64,000 nt of DNA from an uncultured Lentisphaerota bacterium (GCA_900320225.1 ONRL01000038.1:5698-69697); one strand, 5' to 3'; positions 1-8,058 are shown, numbered from the stretch's first letter. Made by a program: numbers and translations. Notes: generated by a model not told the origin, from the letters alone.

Positions 1-1
1 T

Positions 2-709
2 GACCCTAAAACCTCCCATTCTCCTAAAGCGTCCCAGACACCCTCCCCAAAAGCCGTTCAGCCTCCTCAATCCCCCACGCCCCCCGATCCGACGGAACCC
101 ACGGCTCCCATGTACATGGGAAGACGCGTCGTGGGACTTTCCGCAACCACCAACGCGGACGGGACGGTGGTGGAGCGCATCAGGACAGACGACGGCAAGC
201 TCCACTCGAAGGTGTACTCCGTTGCCGAGCCGGTATTGACAACCCGTACGGATCAGCTGCTTGCGATGGCGGTCGAGGGAGATGGGAACGGCCCGCCGAT
301 GCCTGCCGCGACGAAGGCCGACGAGCAGCAGTTCCTGGAATCGCTCAAGAAGCCCATCGAGATACTCGAGACCGACACTCCGGACGTCCGCGCGCTCAAG
401 GAGAAGGTCATACAGGCGCGCGCGGACATGGTGGAGCTGCTCGCGCAGGGACGCGGCTTCTCGGAGGTTCTTGCGGAACACCAGAAGCTCCAGGCGGAAA
501 ACGCCGCCGTGAGGCGAGACGTGGCGAAAGAACTTCGGTCGCTTATGGATTCCGGCGACACGGCGGCGGCGCTGGAGTACCGCAAGCGCATGAATGCCGC
601 GCTCGAGCAGATGGGCATCGCCCCCCTGACGACCGCGATAACTGAGGAAGAACGCGCGGAGCGCGCAGAACGCAGGCGCGCCAGCCGGAAAGAACGGCTT
701 GGCAAGTAG
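2..709 (+). CDS. Family-A envelope protein, C-terminal part (5' end outside window)
   Basis: Frame is open from nt 2; a Pro-rich stretch (..SPKASQTPSPKAVQPPQSPTPPDPTEPTAP..) precedes listed ORF 110..709. C-terminal half aligns by eye with products of 7042..8058 and 13932..14924 (FLESLKKPIEILETD / FLKSLETPIVIDPED; LEQMGIAPL / LEARGIAPM). Followed by an S270 paralog as in the other cassettes. Confidence 0.7.
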   Translation, partial: DPKTSHSPKASQTPSPKAVQPPQSPTPPDPTEPTAPMYMGRRVVGLSATTNADGTVVERIRTDDGKLHSKVYSVAEPVLTTRTDQLLAMAVEGDGNGPPMPAATKADEQQFLESLKKPIEILETDTPDVRALKEKVIQARADMVELLAQGRGFSEVLAEHQKLQAENAAVRRDVAKELRSLMDSGDTAAALEYRKRMNAALEQMGIAPLTTAITEEERAERAERRRASRKERLGK

Positions 710-787
710 GCGGCGGGCGTTCCGCTGTCGGCAATCCTGGCAGCGCATCCCAACCGCAAGTCAGACATCATAACGGAGAACACGAAC

Positions 788-1648
788 ATGAAGACAAAAA
801 CGATGGTAACGGCGATTGCGCTTTTCTGCGCAATGGCTGCGGAACCTCTAGTAACGATGGCACAATCGGCCCCGCCGCCCCCTCCACCACCCGGCATGAG
901 CGTGGGGGCAAACGCGCCGGACGGAAGCGGAGCCCCGCAGCAGAGGCGACGGAGGCGCAAGATGCTGACGCCCGAACAGCAGATGGAGAAATTCGGTGGA
1001 TTCGTGGAGCCGGCCTACAGCGGCAAGTTCCTCTACTTCATGGATTTGCAGGGACGGATTCCGGCATCGGCCGTCGAGTGGGTGACCGAGCAGGTGCGCA
1101 TCGCCCTCTCGCTCCCAACACGTATCGAGCGGAAAGCAACGGGGACGCAGATCCCCACCACCCTGTCGCCGGACGCAGGCGGCATGATCTCAGTCGTTGA
1201 CATTGATGGCGAGCCGTCGCTTCTCGTCGCCCCCGACAACGGCTGGGCGCGCGTGAACGTCGCCGCGCTTGCGGTGGACGGCGCATCGGCGGAGGTGCTT
1301 GAGGCGCGGGTCAAAAAGGAGTTGTGGCGGGCGTTCGTCATATTGTTCGGAGGCGGCAATTCGCTCAACGACTTTGACGTGATGCGTCCCATACGCACGC
1401 TGAAGGATCTGGATGCCTGCAAAACTCTAGTTTCGTCGCCGGAACCCTTCAACGCGATGCTGAACGGCGCGAAGGCGGCCGGGATCACGCCCGTGCGTCG
1501 CACGACGTATCTCAACGCGGTGCGGCTCGGCTGGGCACCTCCGCCTACGAACGAATACCAGAAAGCCATGTGGGAAAGGGTCAAGGCCGACAAGGAGCGC
1601 GGGCCGACGAACCCGATCACCATCCAGCCGCCGAACGCGAAGAAGTAG
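788..1648 (+). CDS. Secreted protein, family S270 (copy I)
   Basis: 286-aa ORF with signal-peptide-like N-terminus (MKTKTMVTAIALFCAMAAEPLVTMAQS). Paralog of 8055..8864 and 13111..13935 (LLVAPDNGWARVNVAAL; C-terminal KERGPTNPITIQPPNAKK shared with copy III). No catalytic motif recognised. Confidence 0.8.
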   Translation: MKTKTMVTAIALFCAMAAEPLVTMAQSAPPPPPPPGMSVGANAPDGSGAPQQRRRRRKMLTPEQQMEKFGGFVEPAYSGKFLYFMDLQGRIPASAVEWVTEQVRIALSLPTRIERKATGTQIPTTLSPDAGGMISVVDIDGEPSLLVAPDNGWARVNVAALAVDGASAEVLEARVKKELWRAFVILFGGGNSLNDFDVMRPIRTLKDLDACKTLVSSPEPFNAMLNGAKAAGITPVRRTTYLNAVRLGWAPPPTNEYQKAMWERVKADKERGPTNPITIQPPNAKK

Positions 1649-1684
1649 GGCGTGGGCTCCACCTGCACATACCGGCGTCAACGG

Positions 1685-2338
1685 CTACGCCCACGCGGGC
1701 GGGCGGTGGATCGTGCGGCCGTTGGGGAGCGGCACCACGTCCGGCAGCTGGCACCGCGCCGGCAGGTCGCGGGGGATGTGCGCGTAGTAGGAGGCGTGGT
1801 ACATGAGGTCAGATGGCCTGTCGCTTCTTGGATTGTACACCAGAACTGGCTTTTTCAACTCAAAGCGGACAATGTCAATTGGGGCTATGTAGTCGGAGTC
1901 GCCGGTGATGAGTACATAGCAATCCGCATTATTCCTGAATGCGTCGGCAAGAAAGGCGGAGGTCAGATTGACATCAGACCGCTTTTCCTCGAATTTCATT
2001 ACGTGAGCCATTCCGTCTCGCGATTTTCGGCACGACTTGCATTCCTGCGTAACGTGTGGAAGCCATATCTTGTTTCGATTGTAGTAGCCTTCCACGACAC
2101 GGACAAGCGGTTGTGCCGCAAGTGCCTGGAGATAGATGTCCTGTCGTGCGACCGCTTGTGCATCATACGGATATGGACGTATGCGAGCAGTGAAGAAATT
2201 GATGGCAACAACGTCATGTCCGTCGCGAAGCAACCTTCTCACAAGCGTGGCGGGATCAAGCCATCTACAGGACGGGTTTCCATGGAGAAGGCCATAGTAG
2301 AGGTTGAATCCATCGATATATGCAATGGTTTTCTTCAT
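1685..2338 (-). CDS. NYN-domain (LabA-like PIN-fold) putative ribonuclease, copy I
   Basis: ATG at 2338 (listed ORF begins at in-frame TTG 2356). IAYIDGFNLYYG N-terminus and VLITGDSDYIAPI acidic motif are typical of NYN/LabA (PF01936-like) proteins. Paralogs at 9851..10522 and 12415..13074. Visibly AT-richer than flanks. Confidence 0.85.
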   Translation of the reverse strand: MKKTIAYIDGFNLYYGLLHGNPSCRWLDPATLVRRLLRDGHDVVAINFFTARIRPYPYDAQAVARQDIYLQALAAQPLVRVVEGYYNRNKIWLPHVTQECKSCRKSRDGMAHVMKFEEKRSDVNLTSAFLADAFRNNADCYVLITGDSDYIAPIDIVRFELKKPVLVYNPRSDRPSDLMYHASYYAHIPRDLPARCQLPDVVPLPNGRTIHRPPAWA

Positions 2339-2443
2339 CGTATCCAGAAACTGCAAGGGCCTCTCGCCTTTCGGCTTGAGGCCCTGCCCCGCATCGCCAG
2401 AGGCTCACGGTCGGATGTGAACCCATCAAGGGGTTCGTGGGGT

Positions 2444-2472
2444 AGTGTATCAAATCGATGGGTGGTGCGCAA
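2444..2472 (-). promoter_or_regulatory. Putative promoter of NYN copy I (TTGCGC-N17-TACACT on minus strand)
   Basis: The reverse complement reads TTGCGC (2472..2467), a 17-nt spacer, then TACACT (2449..2444). The same architecture occurs upstream of the other NYN copies and of rpmE, smc, the tRNA clusters and the U32 gene. Confidence 0.5.
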
Positions 2473-2490
2473 GGGGGGATTTGGGAGAAA

Positions 2491-3372
2491 ATGAAATTCA
2501 CTTACACATATCGCTCATCCGACGGCGAGCGGCACACGGCCGAGATCGAGGCCGAGAGCCGCGACGCGGCTTTCGCGAAGGTGCGCAGCGAGCTGGGCAT
2601 CAAGCCGATCAAGGTGGTGGCGGCAGGAGATAATGCGACTGATGAAGGAAGCGGCAAGAGTGCCGCTTCCCCGAGGTGGGGAGTCGTTCCTGTCATCGCT
2701 CTTATCGTTACCATCGCTCTTATCGCTCTGGTCGTGTGGTGGTGGTTGAGCGGTCGCGGGGCGACCGCTCCCGCGCAAGAGCCGGCCGCCTACACGGTGA
2801 ACACGCCCCAAGGACCTGTTACGCTGCGCGTGGCCGAGCCATTGCCCCGCCAGATGATACCGGGCAACCGACAGCGGATTGAGGACGACCGCGACAATGT
2901 CTTCACAAACGCCGCAGAAAGGCTGTTGGCGCGTTTCGCAGAACCGGGGCGGGCTGTTGCCGCACCTAAGGGCGAGCAGCCCACGGAGGCCGATTTTGCG
3001 GCCTGCCTGCGCGAGCCGATCCGCGTGGCGTCGAGCGAACTCACCGAGCACATCGACCTTAAGCGGATCGTGTCGGGCATGAAGCGCGAGATGCGGGCGT
3101 ACATCGCCGGAGGCGGTACCATCGACGGTTATCTCGCCGAGCTGGAGAAGCGCCAGAAGCTGGAGGTTTCGTACCGCGAGCGCGCGGAGCAGAAGCTCAA
3201 CGCCATTTTGAACGGGCAAGATGCCCGTTCTCCCAGCGGGCGAGATTCCTTGAAGGCCGCCTACGCCTACTGGCTCAAGGCCAACGCGCAACTTCAGGCG
3301 ATGGGCATCTACCCGCTCGCCCTGCCAGATACTCTCCGCTCCTACCAGATGAGCCTCGACATCGAGGAATAG
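2491..3372 (+). CDS. Family-B bitopic envelope protein (copy I)
   Basis: Start MKFTYTYRSSDGERHTAEIEAESRDAAFAKVRSELGIKPIKV, then one hydrophobic helix (VVPVIALIVTIALIALVVWWWL) and a C-terminal domain ending ..QAMGIYPLALPDTLRSYQMSLDIEE. Close paralog of 11154..12266 and more distant paralog of 8864..9673. Confidence 0.85.
   Translation: MKFTYTYRSSDGERHTAEIEAESRDAAFAKVRSELGIKPIKVVAAGDNATDEGSGKSAASPRWGVVPVIALIVTIALIALVVWWWLSGRGATAPAQEPAAYTVNTPQGPVTLRVAEPLPRQMIPGNRQRIEDDRDNVFTNAAERLLARFAEPGRAVAAPKGEQPTEADFAACLREPIRVASSELTEHIDLKRIVSGMKREMRAYIAGGGTIDGYLAELEKRQKLEVSYRERAEQKLNAILNGQDARSPSGRDSLKAAYAYWLKANAQLQAMGIYPLALPDTLRSYQMSLDIEE
2647..2670. repeat. H1 hairpin repeat (GGAAGCGGCA-AGAG-TGCCGCTTCC)
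   Basis: Perfect 10-bp inverted repeat with a 4-nt loop followed by CCGAG. Lies inside the family-B copy I coding sequence (encodes ..GSGKSAASPR..). Confidence 0.9.
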
Positions 3373-3440
3373 GCTACTAGTTGTAGTTGGGTTAACGGCG
3401 GTTATCGAAAGGAGGCCAAAAAGAAAACCTATTCCTCATG

Positions 3441-3470
3441 TTGACTGCCATGATAGAATTATGATATAAT
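3441..3470 (+). promoter_or_regulatory. Sigma70-like promoter of the antitoxin gene (TTGACT-N18-TATAAT)
   Basis: TTGACT 3441..3446 and TATAAT 3465..3470 in an AT-rich spacer. AAGGAAG RBS precedes ATG 3499. Confidence 0.6.
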
Positions 3471-3498
3471 TCAGTCATCAAAATCAAAGGAAGATTCC

Positions 3499-3762
3499 AT
3501 GTTTGCAACGCAAATAAGACCCGTAACTGACTTGCGGAATCGCTATTCCGAAGTGGAAAGCGATTTGCAGCGCGGACCTGTCGTCCTGACAAAGAACGGC
3601 TATGGCGCGTCCGTACTTGTCAGCATCAGCCTTTACGACAAGCTCATGGCAAAGCAGGCACTTTATGAAGCCATTGCGAGGTCAGAGGCAGAAATCGATG
3701 CAGGAGAGGGACTTGACGCAAAATCTGCACTTGCGAAGATGAGGGCTACGCTTCATGTATAG
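3499..3762 (+). CDS. Phd/YefM-type antitoxin
   Basis: 87 aa. N-terminus IRPVTDLRNRYSEVESDLQRGPVVLTKNGYGASVLVSISLYDKL matches the Phd/YefM antitoxin pattern. Its stop overlaps the start of a ParE/RelE-like ORF. Confidence 0.8.
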   Translation: MFATQIRPVTDLRNRYSEVESDLQRGPVVLTKNGYGASVLVSISLYDKLMAKQALYEAIARSEAEIDAGEGLDAKSALAKMRATLHV

Positions 3763-3913
3763 GGTCGTCATCTCGCCGTCAGCCAATGCCGACTTGTTCA
3801 ACTCGCTCAATTACATCGCCTACAAACTGGGGAATCCACAGGCTGCGACACGACTTGCGGACGGCATTGAAAGGTGCTATGCACATCTTCCATGCGCTAC
3901 AGAACTACCTTGA
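3755..3913 (+). pseudogene. ParE/RelE-family toxin, 3'-truncated remnant (52 codons)
   Basis: My translation is MYRVVISPSANADLFNSLNYIAYKLGNPQAATRLADGIERCYAHLPCATELP*. This is a typical ParE/RelE N-terminus (..A..DL..I..YI......AA..L...I) of about half normal length. ATG 3755 overlaps the antitoxin stop. A degenerate palindrome and a convergent gene follow. Confidence 0.6.
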
Positions 3914-3946
3914 GACTCTCAAAGGCGAAGTCTGATCGCGTTGCTT

Positions 3947-3975
3947 GCGAAAACAGTTGCTGACCTGTTTTGACA
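3947..3975. repeat. Degenerate copy of the CAAAACAGGTC/GACCTGTTTTG palindrome
   Basis: GCGAAAACAGTTGCTGACCTGTTTTGACA. The right arm is intact and the left arm degenerate. Lies between the convergent toxin remnant and the ATPase gene. Confidence 0.6.
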
Positions 3976-3983
3976 ATTTGTTC

Positions 3984-5201
3984 TCAAGCCCCTAAAGCGG
4001 CCAAGGGAACGGCGTAGAAGCCGTTGCCGAAGCGCAACGTCTTGTTGCCGGAATAGAGGACGATTCCGGTAAAAGGCGTCTTGGCGATGTTTTCCGCAAA
4101 CCACTTGAGATGGCGGAAGTCATCCGTAGAAGCCTGTCCCGCCTTGACCTCAACGCCGAGCAATGCGCCGTCCTTTCGCTCGACGATGAAATCGATTTCG
4201 CGCTTGCGGTTGTCCCTGTAGTGCGAGAGGCTGTACCCGCCTTCAGCCTCGGAAATCGCGGCCAGTTGCTGATACACCCATGTCTCGACGAGTTTGCCAC
4301 TCCTGTTCTCGTCCATGTACACGTCGTCCTCGTTCCACCCAAGGACGTTTGCCGCGAGCGCGGAATCCGTTGCAATCCACTTTTCGCGTTTTCCGATCAT
4401 GTCGTAGTCGCTCTTCGTCCACGCGGACACGCTGTCGAAAATGTAAAGGGCCTTCATTGCCTCCATGTAGTTCTGCGCCGTCACCTTCGATATCGCAGCC
4501 TTTGACGCCAGTTCCTCCATTGCGAAGAATTGCGCCGTGTGGGCAAGAAGCCACAATGCGACGGAACGCAGTTCAGGAAGCTTGCGGATTTCCGTCACGT
4601 CCTTGACATCTTTCTCAAGAAGATCGTCCAGATAGACTTCGAACCACTCGCTCCTGGCGTCTGGCGAGTAGGACTGGATTTCCGGGTAGCCGCCGCGAAA
4701 AGCCGCGTGGATCAGGTCCCTTCGTGAAAAGTCACCGTAAAAGGAGTCGAAGTCCCCCGCAAAGGCCCGGCGAAGGAAAAACGGCGGATGGCCGTAGATT
4801 TCCCCTAGGGACAGCGTCCGAAGCCGCACTCTGCCGAGGCGACCGGCGAGCGAGTCCTTGACGGCCTTTGCAAACCGGAGATTCGCGCTTCCAGTGAGGA
4901 GATACTGGCCCGGCGACTGGTCCTTGTCCACGACCATTTTGATCGAATCAAGGACGTCGGGCACCTTTTGCACCTCATCTATGACAATCGACTCGCCATT
5001 GGCATGCTGCACAAATCCGTTCGGGTCGCTTTGGGCGACACCCCGCACCAACTTGTCGTCGAACGTATATCTCCTCGCATGGGGCAAGTCAACCATTCCG
5101 GCAAGGGTCGTCTTGCCGGACTGCCTCGCACCGGTGAGATTCACGCCACGGCGAACCTTCATCATGGCGCTTAACCGAGATGTCTGCCATCGTTCAATCA
5201 T
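3984..5201 (-). CDS. AAA-family ATPase (AAA_14 + DUF4143-type)
   Basis: 405 aa. Walker A in ..LTGARQSGKTTLAG.. and Walker B-like ..ESIVIDEVQKVPD... The overall layout is typical of the widespread ATP-binding DUF4143 family. Confidence 0.85.
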   Translation of the reverse strand: MIERWQTSRLSAMMKVRRGVNLTGARQSGKTTLAGMVDLPHARRYTFDDKLVRGVAQSDPNGFVQHANGESIVIDEVQKVPDVLDSIKMVVDKDQSPGQYLLTGSANLRFAKAVKDSLAGRLGRVRLRTLSLGEIYGHPPFFLRRAFAGDFDSFYGDFSRRDLIHAAFRGGYPEIQSYSPDARSEWFEVYLDDLLEKDVKDVTEIRKLPELRSVALWLLAHTAQFFAMEELASKAAISKVTAQNYMEAMKALYIFDSVSAWTKSDYDMIGKREKWIATDSALAANVLGWNEDDVYMDENRSGKLVETWVYQQLAAISEAEGGYSLSHYRDNRKREIDFIVERKDGALLGVEVKAGQASTDDFRHLKWFAENIAKTPFTGIVLYSGNKTLRFGNGFYAVPLAALGA

Positions 5202-5254
5202 CGTGCTGGTTTCCGCTGAAACACAAGCATTATACCAAGCCCCTGTAAAAATGG

Positions 5255-5307
5255 CAAGTAGGAACGTGTAAAAACGTCAAGTAGACAGGTGCAAAATCTA
5301 CAAGTAG
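5255..5307. repeat. Three CAAGTAG direct repeats at 23-bp spacing (iteron or operator-like)
   Basis: CAAGTAG at 5255, 5278 and 5301, directly upstream of the ATPase start (5201, minus strand). Confidence 0.5.
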
Positions 5308-5654
5308 GCGACATCTCAATTAGAACATCATCTCGCGAATCGGTCTCAATCGCCACTAAAAATGCCCCAAAAATCAGACTTGTTTTACCCCCCAGTTTTG
5401 TATTCATGTCCATACATCAGGTGGATGTCCCCTGTGTACGCGACATCACTTAAATAGCAATAATCGAAGTTGCCGGCAATGTAAATGACATTTTGCGAGG
5501 ATTGGATTGCAAATGAGATTACGGCGCGGAACAACTATTTCCTCTCTCTGCCCCCCAGAGCAAAAAACTTGGGAAGACCGGTTGTGAAACTTGGACTTCG
5601 GGAAGTGCCCGAAGCAAAGAAGAACGCCGGTTGGAACAGGAAAGGAAAAGAAAA

Positions 5655-6365
5655 ATGAAGAAACTTATGTTTGTCGCGGCCGTTGCCGCAGCCTTCGCCG
5701 CATCGGCGGACGGCCTTCAGTCCTCCAACACGGTGGGCTATGGCCAGAACGGCCTTCGGTTTGGCTACAGCCTTGTGACTCCTCAGTTTACGGGTATCGG
5801 TGGCACTGCGCTTTCTTTGGACGCATTGCAAGGCGTTGGTTCAGATGCTTCTGATAATGTGAACTTGGCAATGGTTGACGAATACGGCGCTGCGATTACC
5901 ACGTATACTTGGAATGACTGGGCTGCTGCCGAACCGTGCTGGGTTGATGACTCGTACGCACCAGTGTCGGATGTTACTGTCTCTGCCGGTCAGGCCTTCT
6001 GGACGGGCGGCTCTTCAAGTGATCAGTTGATCCGGTCTGCGGGTGAAGTTTGCTTCCAGGATGTTGTCGTTTCTCTCCGCTTTGGTTATACCTTGGTCGG
6101 TAATCCATTCCCTGTTTCACTTGCATTGCAGGATATCGTTGCAGGCGGTGATGAGGCGTCCGACAATGTTACCATGGCCACAATTGACGAATACGGCGCC
6201 GCAATCACCACATACACTTGGAATGATTGGGCCGCAGCTGAGCCGTGCTGGGTAGATGACTCCTATGCGCCTGTTACGGATGTGACGTTTGCGCCTGGCG
6301 AGGGCCTCTGGACGGGTGGCTCAAATAATTCTCAGTTTGTGCGGTTCCCTGCTCCGGAACTGTAA
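5655..6365 (+). CDS. Secreted protein with internal tandem domain duplication (DUP family, copy II)
   Basis: Start MKKLMFVAAVAAAFAASA (signal peptide). Two ~95-aa repeats both contain ..DEYGAAITTYTWNDWAAAEPCWVDDSYAPV... Paralog of 15581..16242. Confidence 0.8.
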   Translation: MKKLMFVAAVAAAFAASADGLQSSNTVGYGQNGLRFGYSLVTPQFTGIGGTALSLDALQGVGSDASDNVNLAMVDEYGAAITTYTWNDWAAAEPCWVDDSYAPVSDVTVSAGQAFWTGGSSSDQLIRSAGEVCFQDVVVSLRFGYTLVGNPFPVSLALQDIVAGGDEASDNVTMATIDEYGAAITTYTWNDWAAAEPCWVDDSYAPVTDVTFAPGEGLWTGGSNNSQFVRFPAPEL

Positions 6366-6413
6366 GAATTTTGGTGTGTGGCATTGTGCCGCGCATTGAA
6401 TAAAAAAAGGAAA

Positions 6414-6887
6414 ATGAAAATGAAAAAAGTAGTTATTGTGTGTGCGTTGGCGTTTATGGCCTTTGCCGCGAACGCTGCGTCTGTGAAGTGGAATGCCGCC
6501 AACATCTATGGTAGTGATGGTACGACGAAGTTTTCTGGTGTCGTAACTCTCTATTGCACAGAGTTGTCTGACTTCAAGTCAGAAGTAACAGCGTCTAATG
6601 GTGCTGTTCCGGCGACTACCGTAGCGTTGCCAGATTCGGCAGGCGGAACGACGAAGACCTTCTACTTCGTGTTTACCGACAATGGCAAGACCTTCACATC
6701 CGCAGAAAAATCTGTTGCCATTCCTGCGACGGCATCAGCTGGTGTCGCGAATTTTGGCAACATGCAATCGGCAACGCAGAATGCCTCAAACTGGAGCGGC
6801 GGCGGCGGTGACATTCCCGAACCGACGAGCGGTCTCCTGCTCCTCGTGGGTGCGGGCATGCTCGCGTTGCGCCGTAAGCAGAAGTAA
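6414..6887 (+). CDS. PEP-CTERM sorting-domain protein (copy II)
   Basis: Signal peptide MKMKKVVIVCALAFMAFAANA. The C-terminus IPEPTSGLLLLVGAGMLALRRKQK has the PEP motif, a TM helix and a basic tail. Paralog of 15062..15532. Confidence 0.9.
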   Translation: MKMKKVVIVCALAFMAFAANAASVKWNAANIYGSDGTTKFSGVVTLYCTELSDFKSEVTASNGAVPATTVALPDSAGGTTKTFYFVFTDNGKTFTSAEKSVAIPATASAGVANFGNMQSATQNASNWSGGGGDIPEPTSGLLLLVGAGMLALRRKQK

Positions 6888-6908
6888 GTAAGGCGTAATG
6901 CCCGAGGG

Positions 6909-6945
6909 AACGCCCGACCGCTTGTGCGGGCGGGCGTTTTCCTTT
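6909..6945 (+). terminator. Hairpin plus T-run between the PEP-CTERM gene and the family-A gene
   Basis: AACGCCCG..CGGGCGTT stem with inner CCGC/GCGG pairing, followed by TTTTCCTTT. An analogous element occupies the same position in cassette III. Confidence 0.5.
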
Positions 6946-7041
6946 GGGATATTCATTTGTCGTCTGTCTTTTGTCCTCTGTCCCGCCTGGGGACGGACAG
7001 AAGACGAAGGGCAGAAGATAGAGGAAGACTGGAAGCCCCCA

Positions 7042-8058
7042 ATGACATTCACAGTAACATACCGCGACAAGGACGGCGCATTACGCGAGGAGTGTGTCGA
7101 GGCCGCGAATCGAGCCGAGTGCGTGGCCGCGTGCAAAGAGCGCGGGATTGTGCCGACGGGCATCCGCGAGGGGCGAACTTCTGTTCGTCCGAGAAGCGGC
7201 AGCGCCGCTTCTCGGAGCGCGCAGCAGATCGGAAAGACCAAGCTTATCGCGGCCGTCGTGATTGCTGCCGTGACGTGTGGCATTGGCATTGCGTGGTGGC
7301 TGTGGCCACGAGCCGAACCCCAGCAGGAGGTTCGCCAGCAGCCCAAGAAAGCTGTGACGCCTCCTCCCGTAAAACGGCAGCCCAAGGTCTTAGAACAACC
7401 CTCTCGACCAGCGGAAACGAATGTCGCGCCAACGCCAGAACCAGTCAAGATCGATCCCAATGCACGGCCTGAAAAGGTGGGGGAGACGGTCAACGGCTAC
7501 ATCAAGTTGCCGTCCGGGAGGCTTCATAAGGTGAGAGGGGTCGTGACGAACGACGTCGCGCAGGCCACGCGCGGGAAATATGCCATTTTCGAGCACAACT
7601 GCGAGAATGAAATCGCGTGTTACCTCTCGCTCAAGCCCGGCGACGCGATCTTCGGGACGATGAAGTACAATGGAAGATTCAAGAAAGAATTCCTCAAGTC
7701 GCTGGAAACGCCAATTGTCATAGATCCAGAAGACTCAGACGAGGTCAAGGAGCTGAAACGGAATGTCCGCGACGCCAAGATCCAACTGAAGACTGCGATG
7801 GACAACGGCGAGGACATCGAGAAGATCATGGCGGACACGCGTCGGGAACTGCAGGACCTTGCACGTTACAAGATGGATCTCACGCGGCATCTGCATGACA
7901 TGCGCCATGACGGGAAACTTACGACCGTCGAGGATTTGCAGGACGCAGTCGACGCCGCCAACAAGATGCTGGAGGCCAGAGGAATCGCCCCGATGAAATT
8001 CGGGCCGCTCGTCCGCCAGAAGATGTTGATGGAACTTGAAAAGGAACAGAAGAAATGA
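7042..8058 (+). CDS. Family-A bitopic envelope protein (copy II)
   Basis: Start chosen at MTFTVTYRDKDGALREECVEAANRAECVAACKERGIVPTGI by homology to 13932..14924. One TM helix (LIAAVVIAAVTCGIGIAWWLW), a Pro-rich linker and a C-terminal domain. ATGA overlap with the next gene. Confidence 0.8.
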   Translation: MTFTVTYRDKDGALREECVEAANRAECVAACKERGIVPTGIREGRTSVRPRSGSAASRSAQQIGKTKLIAAVVIAAVTCGIGIAWWLWPRAEPQQEVRQQPKKAVTPPPVKRQPKVLEQPSRPAETNVAPTPEPVKIDPNARPEKVGETVNGYIKLPSGRLHKVRGVVTNDVAQATRGKYAIFEHNCENEIACYLSLKPGDAIFGTMKYNGRFKKEFLKSLETPIVIDPEDSDEVKELKRNVRDAKIQLKTAMDNGEDIEKIMADTRRELQDLARYKMDLTRHLHDMRHDGKLTTVEDLQDAVDAANKMLEARGIAPMKFGPLVRQKMLMELEKEQKK

